From Malacoraja senta (taxonomy: Eukaryota), in NCBI GenBank assembly GCA_038087875.1, contig CM075999.1, forward strand, positions 1,924,001-1,988,000: a stretch of DNA of 64,000 bases, read 5' to 3'. Below, piece after piece: positions 10,982 to 24,007 of this stretch; position 1 is the stretch's first letter, and each line of letters begins with the position of its first letter. The notes beneath the pieces were generated by a model. It worked only from the letters and a program-made list of their open reading frames with translations. It had not been told where the DNA came from and searched no databases. The translations under genes and the position numbers were made by a program.

Positions 10982-13900
10982 CTATAAAAGAAAGTTTTTG
11001 TTAGACAGATAAAAAGAAAATACAAGAACACATCGGATTACCTTTTCTCCCAAAAAAACTCACACTTGAGTCCTTGTAGCCTGTCTTTGAGCTTGTCGTT
11101 CTTTCTTTTTCTTGTCTGGTGGCTTTGCAAGAACAATTTCAATATCTTCGCCTTCAACTTCTCTTCCATTCATTTGACTCATCGCCTGTGAAGGAAAGAA
11201 CACGAGTTAGATAAGGAGGACATGCCATTCATGAGACCCTCAACTTCACTCTGTCATCAACATATACTTTTATTGGACAAGAGTCTGGAGAATCTACTGT
11301 AAATAGCTGTATTTTGAATCTTGACAGCTCCTTCCCCCATGGATCATAACATGCACTAACTGCATGGAAAACCAATGGTAAAGATCAAACTTAGTATACA
11401 ATGATAATCTGTTGGCACTAAAGCGATACATTCTCCACATACAACATTAAATTTGATTTACCCCTGAAAATCTGAAACATTTCACCTTATAATTGAATTT
11501 CATCACAGGATATTATAATTGAATTTCATCACGGGATATTACCAAGCTTAATTCACAAATATACTTTAGTCAACAGGGATACAATGATATCTGAATCATA
11601 CATGGAATTGCTCGTGCCCATCATCTGTTCAAGTAAGTCATGTTTTAAATCACTTTGGTACGGAAAGAGTGAAATTAAATAAAACATGTTACAGCATTAG
11701 TTACAGAGATTTCAGACATATGGCCATGGTCAATTTTGAACCATGTATCAAAGTATCATAAATAACCATTAGGTTGAATAAGATGAACCCAGAGCTGCCG
11801 AGTTTTGTCAGAGCATTTCAGTATTCTAGTACCTAAAAATCTGTATTTTGCTGAGGAAATCAGTATTTTTACACTGTGCCATTTTGCTAAGAGTACAAGA
11901 ATGCATAACTTTGCTACCAATTGACATGTCTTCTACACACCTTACTTGACAGTTCATTCATTGCCATCTCTTTGTATACTGCTGTTTGAACGGCTGCTTC
12001 CTGCTTTTAGCACTAGATGATGTAGAAGCCATTTTGGAAGCCTCTCTCCCGCCCTCCCTCTCTCTCTCCCTCCCCCCCTCCCTCTCCTTCCTTTTTTTCT
12101 CCCTCCCTCTCTCCTTCTCCTCTCCCTCTCTCCACCTTGAGCCCACCCACCGTTCTGTAAAATCAGGGCCAATCCCAATGTAACTGCAATCCCACTGGTA
12201 ACCTTTCACCACCAGGCTTATCCAGAATTCTACCACTGCCTGAAAAATAATCAAAGGCTCAACTACCACTGAGAAAGAGAATTCCAAAGATTCATTGTTA
12301 TACGAGAATTTTCCTGAACAGTCTGTGACCCAAAGCGCTGTGTGTGTGTAAAGCCCATAGCGCTGCAGCCGACAGCTCATCGTTTAAATTCCCACGCGTT
12401 AAACTGACAGCGCTCTGTTTAAACTTGGAGCGGGACAGGCAGCGACTCTGGAGAGAAGGCAATGAAATTCTTACTTGCTGCAGCACAACAGAATATGTAA
12501 ACATAGTACATAACGGGAGAAGAAAAAAAAGTTCAGTGTGTGTATACACATGCACACATACTCAATAAATAACAAATATAGTGCAATAATAATAATAATA
12601 ACCTTTACTGCTGAATCTCGGTCCTCAAAATGAACAAATGCATAGTCTTTCAATTTTTTCACACGTTCCAGTTTCCCAAACTGACTAAAAGTCTTTTCAA
12701 GGATGTCTTCTGTAACAGAGCTGGCCAGGTTTCTTACAAACAGAACTTTGACCTGTACAAGATAACAACAAACAATAAAGAATCAAAAAATAACAAATTC
12801 AGTTAACAGCATTACACTTTCTAACCCAGACACTTACTTACATATAATACAGTACTAGAACAAAATGCCACATATCTGGGTCAACAGATCACTGGTAAAC
12901 ATTCAAATAATTGTGACATTAATCATAGGGATTTAGAAGGAACATTAACTGACGCAGAATGAAGTTAATGAAATCAATAGAACTACAACATGGACCTACC
13001 AATTCCTTATAAAAACAAAACCGACATTTGCACAAAAGCAGAAATACAGAACTTTAAAAACACTGTTCACACAAGTGGTTTTACAAATGACATCCAAATA
13101 TTGCTCACAAAGGGGAATGAGACCAATTATACCGTTTTGCATTTCAAGCTACCATAGGCTGCTTTAGTTCAAAATTTAGTTTATAATAAACCTAAATCTG
13201 ATGGAGATTGGCATCCTATTGCCCATTTATATACAAGAATGTTTGTTGCACATAAAAATCCATTTGTTCCAATAGGCTGCTACTTCACAGCTCCAAAGCC
13301 CAATTCGATCCCGACATCCAGTGCTGTTTGTGTGAAGATTTCACTTTCTCCCCTTGACTGCACGGGTTTCTTGCCACATGCTAGACATACTGGTTATCAA
13401 GTGAATTGACTGGAGTAGCTTAGTAGTTTGAGATCATGGGGGGGGGGGGGGGGGAGATAACATTAGAGTATGAAAAACAATAAGCTACTGGTCGAAGTGA
13501 GGGAAGATAATGTCCTGCTGGGAGGCAATGGACTGAATGGTCTCTTTTTCTTTAGTCGTGTTACCTTTGCCATCACCTCCGGATCTGGTTCCTCTACTGG
13601 ATCTGCCCATTCCACAGTAACGACATTTCCCCAAACCTTGACTTTTCCACTCATTAATCTTCGCCTTGCCTGTGCAGCAGACTTGTGATCCTCAAATTCT
13701 AGAAAACAGAAGCCTCTGTTTTTCTTCTTATCATCAGGCTGATGATAGAGAATAACATCAGTGAGACCCTCTGCAGAAGAGAAGGAAAATTAATTGTATT
13801 AAAGTAATCTTTCGAAGCCAACCAAAATGCTGGACATTGAAATAGGTTCTAACTGGTCTGAGATACAATCTATTACGTTCAATTGGGAAATATACACATC

Positions 13901-16900
13901 TGTAAAAATTACATGGTAGTCAACACCGTCACTGATATTTTATCAAATATAGGGCAAAAAGAGTTCTTACAAGAAGGGTATTTTCTTGCTTGAAAGTTGA
14001 TAAAAATTAATAGGGCAGCTAAGAGAATCTATTTTTTCCCCAGTGGGTGAATCCAGAAAAACACAGCAGAACACAAAGGTTCAAGTCCACGTATTCAGGA
14101 ACCACATTTCAACATAATTTTTTTAATATAAACAAGAAACATTTACCTAAAATGCTCCTGACACAGGGAATCAATGGCAGCTTTCAAAACCAAAAGTATG
14201 TTTTTGTTGGGCAAGGTTTTTCAGGAACGGGATAGGATTATGAGCGGGTTAGACAGAGTGGACGTGGATAAGCTTTTCCCATTGAGAGTAGGGAAGATTC
14301 AAACAAGGGGACATGACTTGAGAATTAAGGGACAGAAGTTTAGGGGGGAACATTAGGGGGAACTTCTTTACTCAGAGAGTGGTAGCTGTGTGGAATGAGC
14401 TTCCAGTGGAAGTGGTGGAGGCAGGTTCGATGTTATCCTTTAAAAATAGATTGGATGGGTATATGGACGGGAAAGGAATGGAGGGTTATGGTCTGAGTGC
14501 AGGTAGATGGGACTAGGGGGGGGAAGTATTTTATTTTTAATTTTTAAAAAATTAAAAAAATTTAAATGTTCGGCACGGACTTGAAGGGCCGAGATGGCCT
14601 GTTTCCGTGCTGTTATGGTTATATGGTTATATGGATGTAGAGAGGCAAAGGGAGCTTCTATGACACAAGAATACCATCATAAACATGCTCAACTGAAGTT
14701 GATTATACTGTATAATGAAACAAACCTCAGCTAAAATGTCAGGCTTATTGCCATTGTTCCCAGTATCCACATGGCCCAATACATTAGCTCAATTACCAAA
14801 TAAAAAGGCAGAAAACAAAAATACTATGCAAAATAACTATTGTTACATTTAAATCACATCACTGCAGCTGACCCGCCATGTTCGTCTAGCACATTAGTTT
14901 TGCAAATGAAGAACCATGAGCATATTTACAAAATACCCACGTGAGTGAACAACCAAACCAATTACTCAAAAATAATAAACAGAAGAGTCGATCACATTAG
15001 AATAAGCGAGTTCGGTATTCCGACTGCGCAAGCCCAGGTCATAGGTCACTGGAGATAAACATTCGAGGGTGCGGAACTGCTGTGTGTTATCTTTGGTTAT
15101 CAGACCTTTGTTTCAGTGCTTTATGCTTCGTGCTGCTCCGTGGGGTCAGGGTCAAGCACGGGTCTCCGGCGGCTCCGTTTGGCTGTTTCCCCGCCCCGAG
15201 GCGGCCGGAGGTGTCGGACCAGGCTCGCATCTGGCGCGGGGGGGGCCTCGGGCCGGGGACTGCCAGCCGCGGCTGTCTCCCTGTCCAGTGGCCATCGGTT
15301 TGCCCCCCGGTGGAGGGCATGTCATTACAAACAGTCAGTCATTCGGCTGGGATAAGCAATCAGTTCCACTGGAGCTGCTTGTTGTCTTCCGGCATCAAAG
15401 GCCTGTTGGTGGAGGGTTTTCGTGACTCAGACGGAGAGGTTTGATGACGGCGGGGGCCAGGCGCCGGCCACCGGCGGGGACGCACACGGGGCGCCGCAGC
15501 AGGCCAGGCAACATCTCCGGAGAAGGATCTCGACCCGAATCGTCACCCATTTTTTTTTACCCCGGGGTTGCTGCCCGTCCAGACGAGCTGCCATAGCACC
15601 CTGCACGTACCCCTGCCGACCAACTTCCCTGGCGTCAGCGAGTGCGCGCGGGCTCGGCTGGACGGGCAGCATCCACGGAGAAAAGGAATGGGTTACTCAG
15701 GAGTAGGAGCCGGGCCCGAGCAGGCGCCCCCCTTCCCCCGCTGGCCGCCACTCCTGGGGGACCCAGCGGCGGATCGGCAGCGCCGGGGACACGGGCTGCA
15801 GATGAGACGGTGGTCTGCGCACGCTCTCCCGTCTCCCACTGGCATCTGCTCCCTCTCTCGCTGTTACACCCGCTCTCCCGCTACCTGGCACCCCCGTTCC
15901 TCAGATTAAATATTTTGACACATCAATCATGAAAAGATAAGAATTTACAGTTTATTCAGCCAGCACTTCGTTCGCTTTTTCTTTATAACGAGTGACCTTT
16001 GACAAATCCCACGATTCCGTGCGTTTTTCGGAATAACGAGCTCGCTTATTAATACAGGTGTCCCCCCCACCCCCCATTCAATTAAATATCTTTTTTATTA
16101 AAAATCAGATCTTTAAACCTAAACTTTTTTGTTTAAATAGTTGTTCTTTTTGGCATCCAAGAATCCCCTGACCTAACCTGTGACTTTGCTGAATTCTTCC
16201 ATTATGTTTTCCTTGGTCTTGTTCTTTGGAATAGAACCAACAAACAGCCTATTGTTGGCCACAGAAATGCAGACTCCAATGTGTTTACCAGGACGGATTT
16301 CACAATTATCACACTACAAAATAAAAGAGGCAGAGATTTAGCATGTCAACATTTGTGCAGCGTCCCAGTGACTTTTCAGCCGAAACTGACTTTAATATAC
16401 CAGTAAAAACATTCAAAAGAATCTGCTGTTGAGCCCAACATTCAAAGCGCTTCATTCATGAACTTTTGTAGTATGGATTAAAAAAATGTTTAAAAAATTC
16501 TTACCAGTTTGACAGCCTCTTGGGCTGCATCTTTGTTGCAGAATGTCACAAATGCGTAGCCACGGTTTTGGCCTGACAGGGGGTCCATCATAAGTCGTAA
16601 GTCCCAAATGGCACCCGCTTTTTCAAACAATGGGACAAGTTCATCTTCATACAAATCCCTGGGTATCTTCCCAACAAATACCTAAGTATCCAAGCAATTA
16701 AGTTGCACATTTATTGTCTGAAAATGTTGCCATGCTGCAACTCCATGTACTTTGGTCCAAGTAACTAACATAATGCAAATTACAATCAAAAGATATTTTA
16801 ATATATAGATTGCAAGACAGATAACAGGTATTTGGATATACAGTTGGGTAATTTGAGGAGCAGGAAATTACTCCGTCAGTTATATCTACCTTCTTTTACA

Positions 16901-19900
16901 AGATAAAAGCGATCATTATATTAACATTTTCAACCGAATTCCTTTGATTTCTATTCCCGCTCCACAACGGAAGTCGATTGCCCCACCCGATGGAAAATCC
17001 TCATGAGTACGGTGTAAATTGTAATACATCCTATCTATGATTGAATAGTGTGGACCACAGATCACATTGTAATAAATCACTAACCTCTGTTCCAATCCCA
17101 GGTTGTGGCCCTGCATGCACGCCATCAGGAGGAGGGCCACCATACTTCCTTTGCCCTGTGGTTACATCCAAAGTGTACCCTGTCCTTTCCAGCAGTGCCT
17201 AAACAATGTATTAACAATTTAGTGCAAAATCCTTACCATCCTATAGTATTTTACAAAACATTTGCCTTGATGAACTATATAAGAAGTAGAAATGCAAACA
17301 GAACCATGGTCAAACTTTTGGTTAAAATAAATCAGTTGAGCAATCGATTTAACTTAAGTTAATATATACAGTGCCTTCCATAATGCTTGGGACAAAGACC
17401 CGTCATTTATTTATTTGCCTCTCTACTCCACAATTCGAGATTTGTAATAGAAACAAAATCACATGTGGTTAAAGTGCACATTGCCAGATTTTACTAAAGG
17501 ATATTTTTGTACATTTTGGCTTCACCATGTATAAATTACAGCTGTGTTTATACATAGTTCCCCCATATGAGGGCACCATAATGTTTGGGACACATGGCTT
17601 CACAGGTGTTTGTAATTGCTCAGGTGTGTTTAAATGCCACCTTAATGCAGGTATAAGAGAGCTCTCACCACCTAGTCTTTCCACCAGTCTTTCGGAAATT
17701 TTTATTGCTGTTTATCAACATGAGGACCAAGGATGTGCCAATGAAAGTAAAATAAGCCATTATGAGACTGATAAACAAGAATAAAACTGTTAGAGACATC
17801 AGCCAAACCTTAGGCTTACCAAAATCAACTGTTTGGAACATCATTAAGAAGAAAGAGAGTACTGGTGAGCTTACTAATTAATTGCAAAGGGACTGGCAGG
17901 CCAAGGAAGACCTCCACAGCTGATGACAGAAAAATTCTCACTATAATAAAGACAAATCCCCAAACACCTGTCCGACAGATCACAAACACTCTTCAGGTGT
18001 GGATTTGTCAATTACCACTGTCCGCAGAAGACTTCATGAACATAAATACAGAGGCTACACAAGATGCAAACCACTGGTTAGCCTCAAAAATAGGATGGCC
18101 AGGTTACAGTTTGCCAAGAAGTACTTAAAAGAGTACCCACTGTTCTGGAAAAAGGTCCTGTGGACAGATGAGACGAAGATTAACTTATATCAGAGTGATG
18201 ACAAGAACAAAGTATGGAGAAGAGAAGGAACTGCCCAAGATCCAAAGCATACCACCTCATCTGTGAAACACGGTGGTGGGGGTGTTATGGCCTGGGCATG
18301 TATGGCTGCTGAAGGCATTGGCTCACTTATCTTCATCGATAATACAACTGCTGATGGAAGTAGCATAATTAATTCTGTAGTGTATAGACACATCCTATCT
18401 GCTCAAGTTCAAACAAATGCCTCAAAACTCATTGGCGGCGGTTCATTCTACAGCAAGACAATGATCCCAAACATACTGCTAAAGCTACAAAGAAGTTTAT
18501 CAAAGTTAGAAAATGGTCAATTCTTGAGTGGCCAAGTCAATCACCTGATCTGAACACATTTGAGTTTGCCTTTTATATGCTGAAGAGAAATCTGAAGGGG
18601 ACTATCGCCCAAAACAAGCACAAGCTAAAGATGGCTGCAATACGGGCCTGGCAGAGCATCACCAGAGAAGACACCCAGCAACTGGCGATGTCCATGAATC
18701 GCAGTATTTCAAGCAGTCATTGCATGCAAATGATATGCAACAACATTTGGCTGATCTGAAGATGGGATCCAAACACTCTCACAAAATGCCGGTGTACGAC
18801 GATGACAGTTCACTCAACGCAAACTTTGGGTCATTTGTTCTTTGCCCCCACGGAAATCTCCAGCGCAGTAGAAACGAGGGGGCTGTGAAGTTGCATTCTC
18901 TCGATTGAGGACATTTTCTCGACTCTCCTAGAAGCAACGAACCATGGCTTTACCAGTGGTTGTCTGTCTAACTGTAACCTCTCTCTCGTCTCCCCACGCA
19001 AGTCTTTCATCCCCCTTCTCTCACCACCTCTCCGCCGGTCCAGTCCCTCCCCGTCTCCCATTCGCATCTGCTCCCTCTCTCTCGCTGTTACACCCCGCTC
19101 TCCCCCGCTACCAGGCACCCCGTTTTCTTTTTTATTCTCGAATGACCTTTGAAAATCCCATGATTCCTTGCGTTTTTCAGAATACCAAACTCACATAAAA
19201 AAAAGGTTTAGAGATGTAGGCAAATAGGACTAGTTTAAATGAACATCTTGGACAAAGCCAAGCTGGAGCCGGCGCTCTGCTGCTCCCATCCGGCCCGGGA
19301 GCAGAGAGTGTTTATCCCAAGCGCCCCATGACCTGTGCATGCGCAATCGGAATACCGAACTCGCTTATTCATGTACCTGTCCAAATGGTTTTTTTTAAAT
19401 GAGATTGTTCACCACTCTGAATTAGATGCCCTGCAGGTCCCTTTTAAATCTTTCTCCTCTCATCTCAAGCCAATGCCCTTAGAATAACTGTATTAGTTGA
19501 GAATATTTGGAGCTACTGCCTCAATCCCAAGGTCCAGGATTCAATCCTGCTGTTTTGTGTTGCCTGAATGGAGTTTGCACATCATAAGAGATAGTAGAAT
19601 TAAGCTATTCAGCCCATCAAGTCTACTCCACCATTCAATCATGGCTGATCTATCTCTCCCTCAGAACCCCAATGCTTTCTCCACATGACCTCTGACACCC
19701 GTACTAATCATGAATCTATCTATCTCTGCCTTAAAGTTATCCACTGACTTAGGCTCCACAACCTTCTGTGACAAAGAATTCCACAGATTCACCACCATCT
19801 TAAAAAAAAATCCTCCTCATCTCCTTCCTAAAGGAACATCCTTTAATTCTGAGGCTATGACCTCTAGTCCTAGACTCTCCCATTAGAAAACACCTTCTCC

Positions 19901-22900
19901 ACATTCACTCTATCCAAGCCTTTCACTATTCAATTTCACATTGTTGCAGTTACTGTGCAAATTTTCTCTCATGATCCCATAGAATGTGTGGGTTGGTAGG
20001 TTAACCTCTACTCTAAATTGCCCCAGTGTGGTGACTGGTCACCTCTGACATATTAACTCCATGTCCACCAGTTTAACCAACTTATCTTCCAATATATCTT
20101 ACCTTGATTTTTGACTCATCGGGACCCTTTGTAGCATCCTGCACTTTGTTACCTTGCTTCTCCCGTTGTCTGTAGGTCTTCATTACTCCACACAGAAAGG
20201 CACTTTTATTCTAGAAATTAATGAAGTTAGTACCAATAATTTGAATCCATAATAATGGATAAAAACATTTGAAATTAAGTCAAAAATATGGAATTGTTTT
20301 ATAATGTCTAATGTTAGAAACCTTTAAACCATTTAATCTATAATCATGTTTAAGGAACTGCAGATGCTGGAAAATCGAAGGTAGACAAAAAATGCTGGAG
20401 AAACTCAGCGGGTGAGGCAGCATCTATGGAGCGAAGGAAATAGGCAATGTCTCGGGCCGAAACCGTTCTTCAGACTGATGTGAGGGTGGGGGCGGGAAGA
20501 TGAAAGGAAGGGGAGGATCTAGTGGGCTATTATTGGTTGGTTGGTTATTGCGAGCCGAGCGGAGGTGTTCGGCGAAGCGATCGCCAAGCCTTCGGCGAAC
20601 ACCTCCGCTCGGTTCACAATAACCAACCTGATCTCCCGGTGGTTCAGCACTTCAACTCCCCCTCCCATTCCGAATCCGACCTTTTTGTCCTCGGCCTCCT
20701 CCATGGCCAGAGTGAGGACCACCGTAAGTTGGAGGAACAGCACCTCATATTTTGCATGGGCAGTATTTTGCTTCTCTAATTTCAGGTAGTCCTTACTTTC
20801 TCCTCCCCTTCTCAGCTCTCCCTCAGCCCACTGGCTCCACCTCTTCCTTTCTTCTTCACGCCCCCCCCCCACTATCACATCAGTCTGAAAAAGGGGTTCG
20901 GCCCGAAAACGTTGCCTATTTCCTTCGCTCCATAGATGCTGCCTCACCCACAGCATTCTCCAGCATTTTTGTCTAATCTACAATCATCATTTGATGTAAT
21001 TTTTTGACATCTGACTTAAATTATCTTTTCTATGAGACTAAATGTAAACTAAAGTCAATCATGTGCATTATCAAATTTCAAAAACGTATATTGTTTCATG
21101 ACCATCGCATACCAGCAGTGCAGACATGTATTTTATTTTACCTGCACGTGTGATAGGTCACTTTCTTTAAACTGTTGCAAGACAGCCATTGCACCTTCTT
21201 CATTGAACTCTCTAAGAGCATCAATGGCTCTTTCATCAAGATCAGCATAAGATACCAACCCTGAAACAATAAACAATACAAAACTAAACCAAAGGTGGTT
21301 CCATTTTCTAGCTTATTCATGCACAGAGTGTACCAATATCATCACTACCTTCTATAATTTGTACTTTTAATGATAGGAGTCAAGGAAAAGAGATAGGGCA
21401 CCGTGCAATGTTAATTGAGTTTCTAGCTTGTCTATTTTTTCTTTAAATCCTTTGGACTACTTTAATTTACTGTCCATTTACAGCTCTGATTAAGCTTTCA
21501 TAAGGTGCCTGGCTAAAAGTGTTGAAAGTACTAAGAGCCATCATGTCTACATAATGTATTTGCATGTTATATCAAAGTATGCAAATATATTTGAAAAATA
21601 CAGGAAAAATTGCACCTCGTGTACAATGAATAAAGTCAGATCCATAAAGGGATAATGTACATACTTTTTTTTAATTGGAATTTGAACCACTCCATTTAAC
21701 TTATCTATCATCCAGTTAAAAATACAGTGCCTAATTAATCAATTTTCACCATTTCAATTAATTTAGATTGTAAGCACCAAATACTAGAAATGCAGGAAAT
21801 GGCATCGTTTAAAAAAAAAAAATGTAGCAACAGCAACCTCAACTTATAAGAAATACAAACTTAAAGTATAAGTATACAAACTTAAAGCACATGGCATTGG
21901 GGGTTCAGTATTGATGTGGATAGAGAACTGGCTGGCAAACAGGAAGCAAAGAGTAGGAGTAAACGGGTCCTTTTCACAATGGCAGGCAGTGACTAGTGGG
22001 GTACCGCAAGGCTCAGTGCTGGGACCCCAGCTATTTACAATATATATTAATGACCTGGATGAGGGAATTGAAGGCAATATCTCCAAGTTTGCGGATGACA
22101 CTAAGCTGGGGGGCAGTGTTAACTGTGAGGAGGATGCTAGGAGACTGCAAGGTGACTTGGATAGGCTGGGTGAGTGGGCAAATGTTTGGCAGATGCAGTA
22201 TAATGTGGATAAATGTGAGGTTATCCATTTTGGTGGCAAAACAGGAAAGCAGACTATTTTCTAAATGGTGGCCGACTAGGAAAAGGGGAGATGCAACGAG
22301 ACCTGGGTGTCATGGTACACCAGTCATTGAAAGTAGGCATGCAGGTGCAGCAGGCAGTGAAGAAAGCGAATGGTATGTTAGCTTTCATAGCAAAAGGATT
22401 TGAGTATAGGAGCAGGGAGGTTCTACTGCAGTTGTACAGGGTCTTGGTGAGACCACACCTGGAGTATTGCATACAGTTTTGGTCTCCAAATCTGAGGAAG
22501 GACATTATTGCCATAGAGGGAGTGCAGAGAAGGTTCACCAGACTGATTCCTGGGATGTCAGGACTGTCTTATGAAGAAAAGACTGGATAGACTTGGTTTA
22601 TACTCTCTAGAATTTAGGAGATTGAGAGGGGATCTTATAGAAACTTACAAAATTCTTAAGGGTTGGACAGGCTAGAGCAGGAAGATTGCTCCCGATGTTG
22701 GGGAAGTCCAGGACAAGGGGTCACAGCTTAAGGATAAGGGGGAAATCCTTTAAAACCGAGATGAGAAGAACTTTTTTCACACAGAGAGTGGTGAATCTCT
22801 GGAACTCTCTGCCACAGAGGGTAGTCGAGGCCAGTTCATTGGCTATATTTAAGAGGGAGTTAGATGTGGCCCTTGTGGCTAAAGGGATCAGAGGGTATGG

Positions 22901-24007
22901 AGAGAAGGCAGGTACGGGATACTGAGTTGGATGATCAGCCATGATCATATTGAACGGCGGTGCAGGCTCGAAGGGCCGAATGGCCTACTCCTGCGCCTAA
23001 TTTCTATGTTTCTATGAAATATGTTACAGGGATTACAGCCACTCTATGCCCTTATTCTGCATGCAGTTTAAATTATTTCCTTTTCCGTAACTGAATGATT
23101 TGTTTTGGCATATGCATCATTGTGTATTTTAAATCAAAACTAACTGAATATGCATAGTCCATTAAATGCCTTAGCTCCATTGTCACAGGAAAAATGATAT
23201 AATTAGAGTGCAAAATATGGTAATCAATGAACCCCCTCTGGATATTTGATGAAATGCCACAATATTTTAAGTTAAAGTAGTACTCCGTTATTGAAGCCGT
23301 TCAAAACCATTGCTCATCTTCAGCATATGCTAAAAACATATTGCATAACTCAATTTTGTGGTTATCGATGCAGTTTAATAAACATTAGCAGTTTAGGTAG
23401 GGCTCAAAATTATGAAAGGTTATAAATTAAAATCAATGCGTTTAGCAATTAAGCTAATTTATTGAAATGCCTCAAATAATTAGGCACAAAATGCATTCAT
23501 GTTTTGCAGTTTTCGCAAAGAATTTTAATAAAGTTCACTGCTTTTTGAACTTTAATTATGAAAATACAGGAAGCTTTTTTTTAATTCAGTTCAGTAGCAA
23601 TGGCCATTGTTGGGTGCTACCTGGACTAATTTAATTTTGAGCCCTACATAAATGAATGATCCACAAAATAATGCACTACCAATACCACTACAAATGCTGG
23701 CGGAAATTATACACAGCAATCTATTTTGAATTAAAAAACACTCAAGTATCAAATTGTCGTCAGGAGAAAGTCAAATATTTTCCAGTAACACATTACATTC
23801 AGGTTAAAGAGTTTGACAATTAAAATCACAGGTACCTTGATATGTACCTGTTTGAAAGATATCATCTAGCCTTTCTGCCACTTTCTGTGGCAAGCCAGCA
23901 TCTAGTAGCACCTGGTAGTGTTCTGAATGGGTGACAGCAGATGAGGTATCCATGGGTTCTTCATCCTCCTTCACCTGCGGTGCATTTCCATTCACCTCAG
24001 TAGCCAT
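10372..24007 (-). CDS. hnrnpr: Heterogeneous nuclear ribonucleoprotein R, complete spliced CDS (633 aa)
   Basis: join(23848..24007,21142..21260,20103..20210,17085..17198,16505..16681,16178..16313,13565..13770,12603..12752,11064..11185,10372..10981) = 1902 nt, all GT-AG and in frame. Acidic N-terminus MATEVNGN...PMDTSS, three RRMs ([25 protein letters not shown]), RGG region, and the hnRNP R-type end [29 protein letters not shown]. Confidence 0.95.
11064..11185 (-). CDS. hnrnpr: hnrnpr exon 10
   Basis: [40 protein letters not shown], 122 nt, donor gtgagt. Confidence 0.93.
11946..12239 (-). other. Candidate stop-containing (poison) cassette exon in hnrnpr intron 9
   Basis: Acceptor ttatttttcag|GCA, donor CAA|GTAAGG, in-frame TGA at 11958..11960; alternative donor ACG|GTGGGT at 12151. 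Confidence 0.45.
12603..12752 (-). CDS. hnrnpr: hnrnpr exon 9 (RRM3)
   Basis: [50 protein letters not shown], 150 nt. Confidence 0.93.
13565..13770 (-). CDS. hnrnpr: hnrnpr exon 8 (RRM2)
   Basis: [42 protein letters not shown]...PEVMAK, 206 nt. Confidence 0.93.
14235..14632 (+). mobile_element. CR1 3' fragment
   Basis: Matches 47873..48235; ATGGTTAT tail. Confidence 0.88.
15000..16050. mobile_element. GC-rich non-autonomous element with about 22-bp imperfect TIRs
   Basis: AATAAGCGAGTTCGGTATTCCGA ... TCGGAATAACGAGCTCGCTTATT; related pieces at about 18746..19197 and 19260..19370. Confidence 0.7.
16178..16313 (-). CDS. hnrnpr: hnrnpr exon 7
   Basis: [45 protein letters not shown], 136 nt. 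Confidence 0.93.
16505..16681 (-). CDS. hnrnpr: hnrnpr exon 6 (RRM1)
   Basis: [23 protein letters not shown]...[21 protein letters not shown], 177 nt. Confidence 0.93.
17085..17198 (-). CDS. hnrnpr: hnrnpr exon 5
   Basis: [24 protein letters not shown]...PGIGTE, 114 nt. Confidence 0.93.
17369..18745 (+). mobile_element. Tc1/mariner (IR/DR type) transposon, decayed, right TIR missing
   Basis: TA|CAGTGCC start; internal direct repeat CCATAATG(C/T)TTGGGACA; transposase remnants [35 protein letters not shown] with stops and frameshifts. Confidence 0.92.
20103..20210 (-). CDS. hnrnpr: hnrnpr exon 4
   Basis: [36 protein letters not shown], 108 nt. Confidence 0.93.
20352..20975 (+). mobile_element. 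Penelope-like element remnant: GIY-YIG endonuclease fragment between inverted terminal repeats
   Basis: [25 protein letters not shown]...[13 protein letters not shown] flanked by inverted copies of the ...GCTGGAGAAACTCAGCGGGTGAGGCAGCATC... repeat. Confidence 0.82.
21142..21260 (-). CDS. hnrnpr: hnrnpr exon 3
   Basis: [39 protein letters not shown], 119 nt, GT-AG. Confidence 0.93.
21875..23016 (+). mobile_element. 5'-truncated CR1 LINE (RT and 3' UTR) in hnrnpr intron 2
   Basis: [20 protein letters not shown] tail; highly similar to 45897..47040. Confidence 0.93.
23848..24007 (-). CDS. hnrnpr: hnrnpr first coding exon (exon 2; acceptor at 24019)
   Basis: [20 protein letters not shown]...DIFQTG; acceptor ttccag, donor CAG|gtacat. 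Confidence 0.93.

Noticed and set aside
10326..11004. His-rich and Ile-rich plus-strand ORFs
   Set aside because: Antisense shadows of the low-complexity hnrnpr last exon.
11483..11541. 26-bp tandem duplication in intron 10
   Set aside because: Ordinary slippage duplication with no functional signal.
10372..24007. Calling the gene SYNCRIP (hnRNP Q) because of the MATE start and the Q1-like exon
   Set aside because: [50 protein letters not shown] and the atp5if1/dnajc8 neighbourhood fit hnRNP R; a gene tree would settle it.
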